This document shows positions 9,592-20,381 of a DNA stretch of 64,000 nucleotides, one piece after another (within the stretch, counting starts at the first letter, position 1; the number at the start of each line of letters is the position of its first letter). The notes under the pieces were generated by a model. It had not been told where the DNA came from. It did no database searches and worked only from the letters and a program-made list of their open reading frames with translations. The translations under genes were made by a program, and so were the position numbers. Origin of the DNA: an uncultured Ruficoccus sp. (GTDB taxonomy: Bacteria; Verrucomicrobiota; Verrucomicrobiia; Opitutales; Cerasicoccaceae); the NCBI GenBank assembly GCA_965140785.1, contig OZ223489.1, forward strand, positions 50,373-114,372. The letters run 5' to 3'.

Positions 9592-10848
9592 ATGCGCAAG
9601 CTCGCACGCACCCTCACCGCCTTTCTGTCCGTCTTTCTGCTCAGCCAAGCCCTGCTCCTGCGGGCCGAACAAATGACCAGTCTCGGCCAAAGCCCCGTGT
9701 GGAGCGAGCTGGACAAGTACCAGCGCACACTCACGCGGAAGGAGTTTTTAGACCGGCTCGACACGCTCTACGCCCCCGGCGGCGCCTGGCGCGAGACCAT
9801 CGTCATCACCGATGAGGTCGCGCTCATCCGCACGGGCGATGGTACCCGGGCCTACCGGCTGGCCTTCGCCGCGAGTCCCGAAACCGCCGCCCCTGTCCCC
9901 CGACTCTGGCGCGCGCCGGAGGAGTTGTTGTCCGCCGCACCGGCGGACCAGCCGCTGACCGGCTGGAGAATCGCGCTCGACCCCGGCCACCTCGGCGGGA
10001 AATACGGCCCCATGGAAGGGCGCAGCTGGCGCATCGGCGAAGGACCGGTTATCCAGGAGGGCGACCTCGTGCTGGCCGTGGCCGAAGTTTTACGGGACAA
10101 ACTCGAAAGCCTCGGGGCGGTCGTCAGTCTTGTGCGCAAGGGGCCGGGACCCGTTACCACCGAGACGCCGGAGTCCCTGCGTCCACAGGCCGAGGCGTGG
10201 TATGCCGACCTTCACCCGGATGGTCCGCCACCGGAGGAAGCAGACATCCAGAAGTTGAGCGACCTGCTTTTTTACCGGGTGAGCGAGATTCGCGCCCGCG
10301 CCGAGCGTGTCAATGAAGCCATCCGGCCCGACCTGGTCCTCTGCCTGCACCTGAACGCCGAGGATTTTCCCGACCCCGAGCACCCCACCCTGCTGGAGCC
10401 CAACCACATGCACGCGCTGGTCAACGGCGCCTACAGCGCAGAGGAACTGGCCTACGACGACATCCGACAGCAGATGCTGGTCAAGCTGCTCAATGGCTCC
10501 GGCCCGGTCGAGACCGAGGTGGCAGTCGCCGTCACCGCCTCCCTGGCCGATGCTACCGGGATGCCGCCCTTCACGTATACCGGCTCGAATGCCGTGGCCG
10601 TGCCCGGCCAGCCCTATGTGTGGGGACGCAACCTGCTGGCCAACCGCCTCTACGCCTGCCCGGTCGTCTTTCTGGAGCCCTACGTGGCCAACAGCCGGGC
10701 GGTTTACCCGCGGCTCCAGGCCGAGGTGGAGGCCGGCCAACCGCTGCCCGACGGCCTGATCGAGGAATACGCCGAGGCCGTCACCCAAGGGCTGCTGGCC
10801 CTGCGCACCACCATCACCGAGTCGGACGAAAAAGGCACGGAGCATTGA
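9592..10848 (+). CDS. N-acetylmuramoyl-L-alanine amidase-like exported protein
   Basis: Signal peptide; IALDPGHLGG, E, LCLHLNA, VFLEP zinc-amidase motifs. Confidence 0.75.
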   Translation: MRKLARTLTAFLSVFLLSQALLLRAEQMTSLGQSPVWSELDKYQRTLTRKEFLDRLDTLYAPGGAWRETIVITDEVALIRTGDGTRAYRLAFAASPETAAPVPRLWRAPEELLSAAPADQPLTGWRIALDPGHLGGKYGPMEGRSWRIGEGPVIQEGDLVLAVAEVLRDKLESLGAVVSLVRKGPGPVTTETPESLRPQAEAWYADLHPDGPPPEEADIQKLSDLLFYRVSEIRARAERVNEAIRPDLVLCLHLNAEDFPDPEHPTLLEPNHMHALVNGAYSAEELAYDDIRQQMLVKLLNGSGPVETEVAVAVTASLADATGMPPFTYTGSNAVAVPGQPYVWGRNLLANRLYACPVVFLEPYVANSRAVYPRLQAEVEAGQPLPDGLIEEYAEAVTQGLLALRTTITESDEKGTEH

Positions 10849-10945
10849 CGGAGCACGGTTCCGTCCGCCTTTTCGCCGCTTTTTCGACGCTTTTTGCGTC
10901 CGGTATTCGGTGCACAGAGCAGTTTTTTTAAAGAAAATGCAAAAT

Positions 10946-10962
10946 CGTAACGCGCCCGTAAC
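10946..10962 (+). promoter_or_regulatory. Possible Pho box
   Basis: CGTAAC direct repeat at 11-bp spacing just upstream of pstS. Confidence 0.5.
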
Positions 10963-11006
10963 ATTCGCCTGATAATATACTGCGTTTTTAGCCGATAGTC
11001 TTTGCC

Positions 11007-11885
11007 ATGAAACACCTCCGTCACCGCATCCGCCTGAAAGCGCCGGGCCTGATCCTGCTCGCGTGCGGGTGGCTGGCCGCGTCGGCGGGCGCCTCGGACA
11101 AGATTGTGGTCAAGGGCTCGGACACCCTCGGAGCCAAGCTCATGCCGCGGCTCAAGGAGGAGTTTATCGCCATGAAAAAGGCCAAGGGCGAGACGGTGAC
11201 CTTTGAAATCTCGGCCGAAGGCTCGCGCACCGGCATCGCGGCCATCATCGACGGCAAGGCCGACCTGGCCATGTCCAGCCGCGAGCTTCAGAGCACGGAG
11301 CTGACCGAGGCCCGCTACAAGGGCGTCAACCTCAAGGCCATCCCGGTCGGGGTGGACGGCATCGCCGTCATTGTCAACGAGGACAACCCGGTCAACAAGC
11401 TCGGCCTGCGCGAGGTGGAAATGATCTTCACCGGGGACATCGACGACTGGAGCGCGATCAGCCCGGTCCGCGGAAAGATCTCCACCTACACGCGCAATAC
11501 CTCCTCGGGCACCTACAGCCTTTTTCAGAATCTGGCCCTGCATCAGCGCAACTACTCGCCCTTCGCCCAGAAGCTGGCCGGCAACGAACAGATCGCCTCC
11601 GAGGTGGCGAGCAACCCGCACGCGATCGGCTATGTCGGGCTGGCCTACACGCACACCCCCGGCGTCAAGGTCCTGCCCATCGACGGGAAAAAGCCCTCCA
11701 ACGAGGGCTACCCGCTGGCCCGCCCCCTGTATTTTTATGTCAACGTGAACGAGGAGCACCCGCCCGCCGTGCAGGAGTTTATCGACTTTATCCTGAGCCC
11801 GGAGGGCCAGGCCGTGGTGGAGAGCGTGGACTTCCTGCCCGCCTCGCGCCTGAAGGAGATTTATCCCGAACTGGCGGCCGACTGA
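11007..11885 (+). CDS. pstS: Phosphate ABC transporter substrate-binding protein
   Basis: KGSDT, GSRTGIAA, DLAMSSR, RNTSSGT, YPLARPLYFY. Confidence 0.92.
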   Translation: MKHLRHRIRLKAPGLILLACGWLAASAGASDKIVVKGSDTLGAKLMPRLKEEFIAMKKAKGETVTFEISAEGSRTGIAAIIDGKADLAMSSRELQSTELTEARYKGVNLKAIPVGVDGIAVIVNEDNPVNKLGLREVEMIFTGDIDDWSAISPVRGKISTYTRNTSSGTYSLFQNLALHQRNYSPFAQKLAGNEQIASEVASNPHAIGYVGLAYTHTPGVKVLPIDGKKPSNEGYPLARPLYFYVNVNEEHPPAVQEFIDFILSPEGQAVVESVDFLPASRLKEIYPELAAD

Positions 11886-12049
11886 GCCGCCCTGCCTGCC
11901 CCCGTGAGCACGCCCGATGTCAACGGTCCGGACACATTCCGGGATTGCGATTGGCGGCGGTTTGCCCAAAAGCTTGGATCGACTACCCGCGCCGGGCGGC
12001 CTGACCGCCGGGGCGCTGATTCCCGCCGCACTCCGGTAAAACGCCTGCC

Positions 12050-13618
12050 ATGACCGGCTCCTCCTCCCAGCCACCGCTCAATCTGCGCCGCCGGCGCGAC
12101 GCCCGTTTATTCGGCGTCGGACGCCAGGGTCTGCTGAAGGCGTTTTTCGGGGGCAACGCCATCGTCGCGGTGATCGTGCTGCTGTTGATCACGTTTTTCC
12201 TCTTCCGGGAGGGGTTGAGCTTTTTCCCGCAGTACCGGCAGGATATGGAGCTGTACCGCCGCAGCGGCATGGAGTACGCCTCTCTGGTCAAGCAGGAGCA
12301 CGACCGCTTCAACGAGCTGCTCGGCCAGCTCGTCGATATCCGCAAGAAGCAGATCCGCCTGCTCGAGTCCGAGGGAAAGAGCCGGGACGAAATCGCCGCG
12401 CTGACCGCACCCATGCAGGCGTATTTCTACACCTTCAGCGACCTGATTATCCCGCTGCGCGACTACCGGATCACCGTGCGCAACCTGGCGGCGGAGACTT
12501 ACAAGCAGGCCCAGATCGCCGCAAGCCAACAGCGGCTCGGTCACGGTCAAGATGCCGACCTGCAGGCGCACGCCATCGACTACGCCGGCACCATCGCCGA
12601 GATCAAGGCCACTTTCCCGCAGTTCACCGCGCTCAACAACCAGCTCGAGTCGGATATGCTCCAGGTCCTGCGCCGCTTCCCGCCGCAGGAGGAGCCCGCG
12701 CTCAAGGCCATGGCCGAGCGCTTCCGCAAGGACGCCATCGCCTTCACCGCCGGACTGCCGCGCTACGGGGCCACGCTGGCCGAGTGGGAGCCGGAGCGCC
12801 ACGTGGGCCTGCTGGAGGCCATCAAGAGCTTTCTTTTCGGCCGCCACTGGATCGTCAACAACAACGGGCACAGCCTCTTCGGACTGTTGCCACTGTTGAC
12901 CGGTTCGTTGCTGGTGACGGGCATAGCCATCCTGCTGGCCATTCCCTTCGGCGTAGGCGCGGCCATCTACACCAACCAACTGGCCCGGCGCGGCGAGTCG
13001 AGCCTGATCAAGCCGTGCATCGAGTTCATCACCGCCATTCCCTCGGTCGTGATCGGCTTTTTCGGGATCGCGGTCTTCGGCACGCTGGTGCGCGAGCTTT
13101 CCCAGGTCGCCTGGCTGGAGTGGCTGCCGGGCTTCCCCATCGCCGAGCGCCTGAACGCCTTCACCGCCGGGTGCCTGCTCGCGCTGATGGCCATCCCGAC
13201 GATTTTCACCCTCTCCGAGGACGCCATCTCCCGCGTGCCCCGCGTCTATGCCGAGTCGTCGCTCGCGCTCGGGGCCACGCGCTTCCAGACCACGATGCGG
13301 ATCATCGTCCCGACCGCGGTCAGCGGCATCGTCTCGGCGGTGCTCCTGGGCATCGGGCGCGTCATCGGCGAGACGATGGTGGTGCTGCTGTGCGCGGGCA
13401 ACCGCATCCGCATCCCGGACTTCACTGAGGGGCCGGGCGTGGTCTTCCAACCCGTGCACACCATGACCGGCATCATCGCCCAGGAGATGGGCGAAGTCGC
13501 CCAGGGCGGCATCCACTACCGGGCGCTGTTCTGCGTGGGCGTCGTGCTGTTTTTACTCACCCTGCTGATCAACTTCGCCGCGCAGCGGATCTTCCGCCAC
13601 ACCCGCGTGGGCGAATAA
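12050..13618 (+). CDS. pstC: Phosphate ABC permease with long helical insertion
   Basis: [32 protein letters not shown]. Confidence 0.92.
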   Translation: MTGSSSQPPLNLRRRRDARLFGVGRQGLLKAFFGGNAIVAVIVLLLITFFLFREGLSFFPQYRQDMELYRRSGMEYASLVKQEHDRFNELLGQLVDIRKKQIRLLESEGKSRDEIAALTAPMQAYFYTFSDLIIPLRDYRITVRNLAAETYKQAQIAASQQRLGHGQDADLQAHAIDYAGTIAEIKATFPQFTALNNQLESDMLQVLRRFPPQEEPALKAMAERFRKDAIAFTAGLPRYGATLAEWEPERHVGLLEAIKSFLFGRHWIVNNNGHSLFGLLPLLTGSLLVTGIAILLAIPFGVGAAIYTNQLARRGESSLIKPCIEFITAIPSVVIGFFGIAVFGTLVRELSQVAWLEWLPGFPIAERLNAFTAGCLLALMAIPTIFTLSEDAISRVPRVYAESSLALGATRFQTTMRIIVPTAVSGIVSAVLLGIGRVIGETMVVLLCAGNRIRIPDFTEGPGVVFQPVHTMTGIIAQEMGEVAQGGIHYRALFCVGVVLFLLTLLINFAAQRIFRHTRVGE

Positions 13619-13627
13619 TCTTTTACC

Positions 13628-14683
13628 GTGAAGCCAACCCAAATCCGTCCCGCGAACAATCCCTTCCTGCCGCAGCCCTCGGGCACGCGGCGGGTGGAGA
13701 AGCTCGTGCGCTGGGTCCTGCGGGGGCTGACTTACTTCATCCTGGCGTGCATCTCGGCCATCATCCTGACCATCGCGGTCAGGGGCGCGCAGACGGTTTT
13801 CCAGCTCTCGTGGCCGTTCGTCAATGTCGAGTTCCTGACCCAGGCACCGGAGACGCTGCACGTCTTTGAGGTGGACGGACAGACGGTGGAGATGAGCGAC
13901 TCGCAGTTCCGGGCGACGTATGAAGAGCAGGGGCTCAAGTCGCCCCCCACCCGGACCTACGCCCACGCCGGGGGCGGGATTTTCCCCGCCATTATCGGGA
14001 CGCTTCTGCTGGTGGCCGGAGCGATGACCATCGCCATGGCTCTCGGAATCGCCAGCGCGATCTTTTTGAGCGAATACGGCAAGCGCGGCCCCCTGCTGCG
14101 GCTGATCCGGCTGTCGATTCTCAACCTGGCCGGGGTGCCGTCCATCGTGTACGGGCTCTTCGGCTTCGGGCTGTTCGTCATTTTCCTGGACTGGAACATC
14201 TCGCTGCTGGCCGGGTGGTTCACGCTGGCCTTCATGGTGCTGCCGGTCATCATCGCCGCCAGCGAGGAAGCCCTGCGCAGCGTGCCCACCGGCTTCCGCG
14301 AGGCCTCGCTCGCGCTCGGAGCCACCCGCTGGACCATGATCCGCACCAGCGTCCTGCCCTATGCCACGCCGAGCATCCTCACCTCCTCGATTCTGGGCAT
14401 CGCCCGGGTCGCGGGGGAGACCGCGCCCATCATGTTCACCGCCGCCTACCTGCTGCGCGACCAGTTGCCCTGGGAGGGACTGGACCACTGGTACGACTTT
14501 TTCTTCCAGGGCGTCATGGCCCTTCCCTACCACCTGTATGTGGTCAGCGCCAAGCTCCCGCAAAACGCCTACACCGAGCGCATGCAGTACGGCACGGCCT
14601 TCGTCTTTTTGGCCATCGTGGCGGCCATGGCGTTGACCTCGATCATCCTGCGCACCAAGATCCGTTCCCGCCACAACTGGTAA
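13628..14683 (+). CDS. pstA: Phosphate ABC permease
   Basis: [33 protein letters not shown]. Confidence 0.93.
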   Translation: MKPTQIRPANNPFLPQPSGTRRVEKLVRWVLRGLTYFILACISAIILTIAVRGAQTVFQLSWPFVNVEFLTQAPETLHVFEVDGQTVEMSDSQFRATYEEQGLKSPPTRTYAHAGGGIFPAIIGTLLLVAGAMTIAMALGIASAIFLSEYGKRGPLLRLIRLSILNLAGVPSIVYGLFGFGLFVIFLDWNISLLAGWFTLAFMVLPVIIAASEEALRSVPTGFREASLALGATRWTMIRTSVLPYATPSILTSSILGIARVAGETAPIMFTAAYLLRDQLPWEGLDHWYDFFFQGVMALPYHLYVVSAKLPQNAYTERMQYGTAFVFLAIVAAMALTSIILRTKIRSRHNW

Positions 14684-15516
14684 TGACTTCCGCTCCCATG
14701 GACACGTCCCCGACAGCCCGCCCGGCCTCCAGCCCAACCTCCGACGCTAAAAGCCGGGCGCAGGCGCTGATTGAAATCGAGCACTTCGACTTTTTCTACG
14801 GGCAGACCCAGGCGCTCAAGGACATCAACCTGACCGTCCAGGAAAACAGCGTAACCGCCCTGATCGGCCCTTCCGGCTGCGGCAAGACCACCCTCCTACG
14901 CTGCCTCAACCGACTCAACGACCTGACCGACTCGGCCCGCGTGGCCGGGGGGCGCATCCTCATCGGCGGCTACGACATCTACGACCGCGAGATCGACGTG
15001 ATCGAGCTGCGCAAAAAGGTCGGCATGGTCTTCCAGAAGTCCAACCCCTTCCCCAAGTCGATCTACGACAACATCGCCTACGGCCTGCGCATCCAGGGTG
15101 TGCGCAACCGCGACCGGCTCGACGACACCGTCGAAAAGTGCCTGCGCGCCGCCGCCCTCTGGGACGAGGTCAAGGACCGCCTCAACGACAGCGCCCTGAC
15201 CCTCTCCGGCGGCCAGCAGCAGCGCCTGTGCATCGCCCGCGCCCTCGCCGTCGAGCCCGAGATACTGCTCATGGACGAGCCCTGCTCGGCCCTCGACCCG
15301 GTCGCCACCTCCAAGGTCGAGGAGCTCATCCACTCCCTGCGCCTGGAGTACACGATCGTCATCGTCACCCACAACATGCAGCAGGCCGCCCGCGTCAGCG
15401 ACCACACCGCTTTCTTCTACTTGGGCCGCATCGTCGAGCACAACGTGACCGAGGCCATCTTCATGAACCCCAAGGACCCCCAGACCGAAGCCTACGTCAG
15501 CGGCCGCTTCGGTTAG
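14683..15516 (+). CDS. pstB: Phosphate ABC ATPase
   Basis: [24 protein letters not shown]; start overlaps pstA stop (TAATG). Confidence 0.95.
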   Translation: MTSAPMDTSPTARPASSPTSDAKSRAQALIEIEHFDFFYGQTQALKDINLTVQENSVTALIGPSGCGKTTLLRCLNRLNDLTDSARVAGGRILIGGYDIYDREIDVIELRKKVGMVFQKSNPFPKSIYDNIAYGLRIQGVRNRDRLDDTVEKCLRAAALWDEVKDRLNDSALTLSGGQQQRLCIARALAVEPEILLMDEPCSALDPVATSKVEELIHSLRLEYTIVIVTHNMQQAARVSDHTAFFYLGRIVEHNVTEAIFMNPKDPQTEAYVSGRFG

Positions 15517-15525
15517 ACGGAGAGC

Positions 15526-15771
15526 CTCCGCTGGCACTGAGGGGCTGCGCCCCTACGCGGCCAGAAAGGCCGCTACCCCTGATTGCTGGTCCAGCCGGAC
15601 CCTGCACTTTCTATGCTCCGCATCGGCATAAACTGTACTCGCAAGGGTTGAGTGCAGGTACGCCTCAGTAAAGACTTCAAGGTCGGTCCAGCGTTTGGGC
15701 GAAGCCCGGACGCTGGACCGAAAGTGCAGGCTGTGCCTGCCGCGGGGTGTGGGGGTGCGGAGCCCCCACAA
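15526..15771. repeat. Composite structured repeat (modular family)
   Basis: Inverted GTAG modules plus a CCTGCACTTTC ... GAAAGTGCAGG-closed domain shared with 27630-27914. Confidence 0.8.
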
Positions 15772-15774
15772 ACC

Positions 15775-16656
15775 TTACCCCAGCAGGATGCCGAGCGAGA
15801 GCAGGACGCCGTAGGCGAGCAGGAGCTGGGCGGTGCGGGCCAGCAGCCAATCGAAATCGCGCGGGCGATGGCCGCGGGAAAAAAGCACACAGAGGATGGC
15901 CGCGAAGGGCAACAGCAGGAGGGTCAGCAGTACCCAACCGCCGTAGCCCAGGCGCAGGAGCAGGTCCGGCACCGCGAACGCCACCAGCGCGCTCAAGCTA
16001 TACTGGATGACGGCGTAGCGGTAGCCGAAGCGGACCGGCAGGGTGCGCTTGCCCACTTCGCGGTCGGTCTTGATGTCGCGGGCGTTGTTGACTACGAGAA
16101 GGTTGACCGAGAGCAGGCCGCAACCGGTGCCAGCCCAGAAGGCCCCCCAGGAGAAGGCGCCGGTCTGCACGTAGTCGGTGAACATAACCGCCACCAGCCC
16201 GAAGAAAATGAAGACAAAGATGTCGCCGAGGCCGTTATAGCCCAGCGGGTACGGGCCGCCGGTGTAGGCGACGGCGCAAAGGATGCTGAGGATGCCGACC
16301 GCAACCAGCCACCAGCCCCCGTAAATGACCAGCAGCAGGCCGACCGCAAAGGCCGCGCCGAGCACAATCAGCGTCGCCCGCCACATCGCCTGGGGCGAAA
16401 CCAGCCCGGTGGCCACGGCGCGCATGGGGCCGATCCGCTTGTCCGTGTCCGCCCCGTGGCGGAAGTCGAAATAGTCGTTGGCGTAGTTCGTGCCGATCTG
16501 GATCAGCAGGGCGAAAATCAGACAGATAAAGGCCGGGATGAAGCGAAAACCGCCCGCGTGGACCGCCACCGCCGTGCCCAGCAGGACGGGGACCACCGCC
16601 GCCGGCAAGGTCTTCGGACGGGCCGCAAGGAGCCAGATTTTCCAGGATTTTTTCAC
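15775..16656 (-). CDS. menA: 1,4-dihydroxy-2-naphthoate prenyltransferase
   Basis: AARPKTLPA, NYANDYFD, YTGGPYPLGY, NNARDIKTD. Confidence 0.93.
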   Translation of the reverse strand: MKKSWKIWLLAARPKTLPAAVVPVLLGTAVAVHAGGFRFIPAFICLIFALLIQIGTNYANDYFDFRHGADTDKRIGPMRAVATGLVSPQAMWRATLIVLGAAFAVGLLLVIYGGWWLVAVGILSILCAVAYTGGPYPLGYNGLGDIFVFIFFGLVAVMFTDYVQTGAFSWGAFWAGTGCGLLSVNLLVVNNARDIKTDREVGKRTLPVRFGYRYAVIQYSLSALVAFAVPDLLLRLGYGGWVLLTLLLLPFAAILCVLFSRGHRPRDFDWLLARTAQLLLAYGVLLSLGILLG

Positions 16657-16784
16657 ACGTACAGTTGTTGCGGAGCGTCGCTTCCACGCTTACAGCAAAG
16701 CACCAGCAGGCGAGTTATCTACCCGCGACACCATGCCCTAAGCACGGAAATAGAAGCACGAAATGGACAACCTGTCCACCCCGC

Positions 16785-17756
16785 TCAGAGCGGTTCGCTC
16801 ATAATGTACACGCGGCGCGTGAACGTCTGACCGTAGGTGTCCTTGAACTGATCCCAGTCCATACCCACCTCGTCCCAGTGGCCGGTATCCACCATGTTGG
16901 CGCCCTCGTCGCCGAGAACGGTCATCTTGACATCGGCATAGACGAGGTGGCCGTCCACGTGTGTGCTGTAAGGGGCAGAACCATCCGGGCTCTGGGAGAT
17001 ATAGATACCGTCGGCCACAACGAAGGCCCAAGGCGTCCCCGAAGCAGTTCCGTCACTCGTAATCGCTTTTATTCGGCGGGCTTGGTTAGGCTCATTCTCG
17101 TCGTAGTAGTAGAAGATTATCTGGAAGTTGACGACATTGGCACTGAGGTAGTTATCATCGCTCAGCAACTGACCGTCACCGTTTCCAGATATGCTCTGCC
17201 AGTAACTGGAATACAGCTTGTCCGTCGGAAAATCCGACATGCTCATGACGTCATCAAAGGTCGTCTCGGCATCAACCACTTTGCGGTAGAGGCCGTACTT
17301 CTGACCATCCGCCTCTGTGGCGCTATTGCTGCCTTCCGGATCAAAGGGGTTTTGAAATGCGGTCGCGTAGCCTACGGTGCAATAGTCTCCGGCCCTGCTA
17401 CGGTCACGGTCCGTCACCGCGCAAAAGAAAAAGAGCTGCGTCTGAAAGGCGGCTTGCCCGACGGTGACATACCGCGCTTCCATCCAAGCCAAGCCCCGGG
17501 AATTGAAATACGCGGCCTCCAGATCCTGGTTGAGAAAGTCCAGGCCGATGCGGGCTTCGTAATTCTGCGCGAGCCGGTCGGAGGAGAAGTTCCAGGTGTT
17601 GAGCACGTTGCCGGTCAGGCTCAGTACCAGCAGGATAACCGCGACCATGATCCCGGTGGCCGCCATAATCTCCACCAGGGTGAACCCCCGGCGACCGGAT
17701 GCCGCCTGGCGGGCGGGGAAAGATTTCGAATGCGTATCCTGGGAAAGGGTATTCAT
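16785..17756 (-). CDS. Pseudopilin-like protein (Verru_Chthon cassette C-like)
   Basis: RRG/FTLVEIM type III signal peptide. Confidence 0.8.
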   Translation of the reverse strand: MNTLSQDTHSKSFPARQAASGRRGFTLVEIMAATGIMVAVILLVLSLTGNVLNTWNFSSDRLAQNYEARIGLDFLNQDLEAAYFNSRGLAWMEARYVTVGQAAFQTQLFFFCAVTDRDRSRAGDYCTVGYATAFQNPFDPEGSNSATEADGQKYGLYRKVVDAETTFDDVMSMSDFPTDKLYSSYWQSISGNGDGQLLSDDNYLSANVVNFQIIFYYYDENEPNQARRIKAITSDGTASGTPWAFVVADGIYISQSPDGSAPYSTHVDGHLVYADVKMTVLGDEGANMVDTGHWDEVGMDWDQFKDTYGQTFTRRVYIMSEPL

Positions 17757-17768
17757 AGAAGGGAGCAA

Positions 17769-18395
17769 TTATCTCAGTTTAGCCGAGGGATAGGAAAGGA
17801 CACGGGTGCTTTCATTAAGGGACTGTTCCGGATTGGCAGTATTGAACCTCGCATCCATATCCAACTGATAAATCGTCACCAGGAAGGGGACATAAGCCTC
17901 GGTATCCGTATCCGCATAATCATACCCATCAAGGGTCAACCGCTCGAACTTAACCACAAAAGCCGGGCCGGCCATGTTGGCGCGGTCGTCACTGGGCTCA
18001 TTGACATTCGAGGTCCCGCCGTCCGCATTGACTACGGTCGTTCGGCCGGGCTGACCTGTTTGCGGCTCAGACATGACGATATCAATGGTGCCATCTCCCA
18101 TGTCACGCTCCCAGGCGTAGGCGTACAGGTCGGCAGTCCCGACGGGAGTCACATCGTCGTAGTCCATGTCGTTGTTGACCTTCGAATTGATCATGCCGAC
18201 GAGAGCGGTGGCCTTGTTGCCGTCCACCACCTCTTTGACCGAACCCATGGTGGGCGCGAACAAGCCCAGCATCGCCACCACGGCGAGCGAAAGCACGCCG
18301 ATAGCCAGCACCACCTCGATGAGAGAGAATGCCCGCGGGCGCCGGGAAAAGGTACCGGACCGGAGCGGAAAGGAAGTAATTGAAGGGCGTGCCAT
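17769..18395 (-). CDS. Pseudopilin-like protein (Verru_Chthon cassette B-like)
   Basis: RA/FSLIEVVLAIGV motif; start uncertain (18395 or 18422). Confidence 0.8.
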   Translation of the reverse strand: MARPSITSFPLRSGTFSRRPRAFSLIEVVLAIGVLSLAVVAMLGLFAPTMGSVKEVVDGNKATALVGMINSKVNNDMDYDDVTPVGTADLYAYAWERDMGDGTIDIVMSEPQTGQPGRTTVVNADGGTSNVNEPSDDRANMAGPAFVVKFERLTLDGYDYADTDTEAYVPFLVTIYQLDMDARFNTANPEQSLNESTRVLSYPSAKLR

Positions 18396-18414
18396 GTCCG
18401 TATTTACTGATTGT

Positions 18415-19116
18415 TTAATCAAGGTCGTTGTATTCGGCCAAGCTCACACTGCCAGTCCTGCGAATGTAGAAGCCGGTAACAGCATAGGGGTTGTCAAAGA
18501 CCAGCTCGGGAATGTCGCCGGCGTAACCACCCACACTGCCGGCGGCGAACACCACCTTATTGTTTGCCATGTTGGAGAAAAGCCCGTTGCTGTCGAATTG
18601 GAAAACATAGGCGTTCATCCTCACCCGGACAGTCGAGGTTTCCGTCGGGCGGAAAGTGACCGCGGTGGTGCCGGTGTTATCGCTTTCCACCACCACCTGG
18701 CTATCGGTAAAATCGCTGCGCTGGGGGTAATAGTAAACTCCCTGCGGCAGGTAGGTACCGGCATTGGCGGCCACCCATATGTCCTGCGGGGTCGGGGTGC
18801 CACTGCCATCGTCCACCATCTCGGTGCCCGTGTAGTAGATGACCTGCATGAAGCGCAAGTACTTGGCCGCGTCGGTATCAGCGCCATTGCTCCCGTAGAT
18901 CAGCACACGGGTCTTGGTTTGCTTAAGCACGGCGATGGAGCGGGCGGACTGGAAGATACCGGCGGCGATGCGCTGGCTGCTGCCCAACGAGGTGGTGGCA
19001 TTGCCTCCGCCCAGGGAAACGCCGATGACCGTGGCCATGACTGCGATGATGCCGATAACGGCCAAGAGCTCGACCAGGGTAAACGCCCGGCGGGATTTTT
19101 CTGAAAAACGTCTCAT
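18415..19116 (-). CDS. Pseudopilin-like protein (GspH/FimT or cassette D-like)
   Basis: RA/FTLVELLAVIGII; QSARSIAV helix. Confidence 0.8.
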   Translation of the reverse strand: MRRFSEKSRRAFTLVELLAVIGIIAVMATVIGVSLGGGNATTSLGSSQRIAAGIFQSARSIAVLKQTKTRVLIYGSNGADTDAAKYLRFMQVIYYTGTEMVDDGSGTPTPQDIWVAANAGTYLPQGVYYYPQRSDFTDSQVVVESDNTGTTAVTFRPTETSTVRVRMNAYVFQFDSNGLFSNMANNKVVFAAGSVGGYAGDIPELVFDNPYAVTGFYIRRTGSVSLAEYNDLD

Positions 19117-19122
19117 ACTCGT

Positions 19123-19692
19123 TTATTCCCAGGAATAGACGCCCTCATAGCCCTCGCCATCGTTCTCCACGCTCCAGATAACGACCTTGGCGCGGGGGTC
19201 GTTTTTCACGGAACCGTCCCTCAGGCCATTAATGGTTATTTTCCCATCCCCGTCCGTGTCGACCAGGATGACGATGTTGGAGTTGCCAAATGCGTCGTTG
19301 AGCACATTGCCCGTATTGACATCGAACTCGTCTTCAGCGAAGGAATAAAATGGCGCCGCCCGACGATTACCGCCTTCCTGGATCGGGTTGCCATTTTGCA
19401 TATTACGTCCGGAGAGCGTCTCGACAAACTCCCGGCTATTGGCAGTTGAACTGAGTGAGTACTGAGTATCCTCATCCAGAAAATCCGGGTAATAGCCGTA
19501 AGTACTTTTAAAGCTCTGAATGGCATTGGCCCAGCCGGTGAACTGGGCCTTGGTCTTGGCCTTGTTGGCGGCCTTGCGGGCAGCGCCGACCGTCGGGATG
19601 AGGATACTGGCCAAGATGCCGATGACCGCGATCACGGTCAGCAGTTCGATCAGGGTAAAGCCGCGGCGGCGGGGGCGAAGGGTCTTTTTCAT
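19123..19692 (-). CDS. Pseudopilin, GspG-like
   Basis: RG/FTLIELLTVIAVIGILA; FKSTYGYYP; DAFGN. Confidence 0.85.
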   Translation of the reverse strand: MKKTLRPRRRGFTLIELLTVIAVIGILASILIPTVGAARKAANKAKTKAQFTGWANAIQSFKSTYGYYPDFLDEDTQYSLSSTANSREFVETLSGRNMQNGNPIQEGGNRRAAPFYSFAEDEFDVNTGNVLNDAFGNSNIVILVDTDGDGKITINGLRDGSVKNDPRAKVVIWSVENDGEGYEGVYSWE

Positions 19693-19709
19693 AGGGCGGA
19701 TAAAGAAGG

Positions 19710-20381
19710 TTACTGAATTTCGAGGCCGTAAATGAGGTTGTCCGCTTTTTTATTGTTGTTGCTGATTTCACCAGCGTAGTCGTTCCCGTTCTGCGGGAAG
19801 GTACCGTCAGAGAAATCATAACCGTCACCACTGGCGCCGCCCATATCGCGATCCGGTCCCAGTGACAGCAGGACGAAGCCCGAGTGATTCCAGGGGCTGG
19901 TGGCATTACTTTTATAATAGTATTTGTAGGGGCTGCCCCAGGGGTCGACAAAGTACAGATTCTCGCCATTACCGGCCGTCTCGATCAGGTTTTCGTCAAT
20001 AAGGGCTGCCACGGGCTTTTTAGCCGCAGTGGAATCGTCGAGGTTGACCATCGTATAGTTGGCCCCCTGCTTGCGCAGGACCCGCTGCCCGGTGAGAACC
20101 TTGAACAAGTCTCGATCAACCGCCGAATCCGTATTGTTCGCGGTCTGTGCACTGCCGGACAGCCAGGGGTAATCGCCGTATTTGAGCTTAAAAGTCTCCA
20201 AAGCGTTGGAAATGGCCTGGAGGTCGGCCTTGGCCCGGGCCTGCGACTGCTGATGATAAACACCGCGCTGCACGCCGACGACAATTCCAGCCAGGATCAG
20301 GATAACGCCCATCACCACCAGCAACTCGATCAAAGTGAAGCCGGGGGTCGACTTCCGCATCTTCATAAGGGGGAACTTCAT
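19710..20381 (-). CDS. Pseudopilin, GspG-like
   Basis: G/FTLIELLVV; FKLKYGDYP; DPWGSPY; LLSLGPD. Confidence 0.85.
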   Translation of the reverse strand: MKFPLMKMRKSTPGFTLIELLVVMGVILILAGIVVGVQRGVYHQQSQARAKADLQAISNALETFKLKYGDYPWLSGSAQTANNTDSAVDRDLFKVLTGQRVLRKQGANYTMVNLDDSTAAKKPVAALIDENLIETAGNGENLYFVDPWGSPYKYYYKSNATSPWNHSGFVLLSLGPDRDMGGASGDGYDFSDGTFPQNGNDYAGEISNNNKKADNLIYGLEIQ

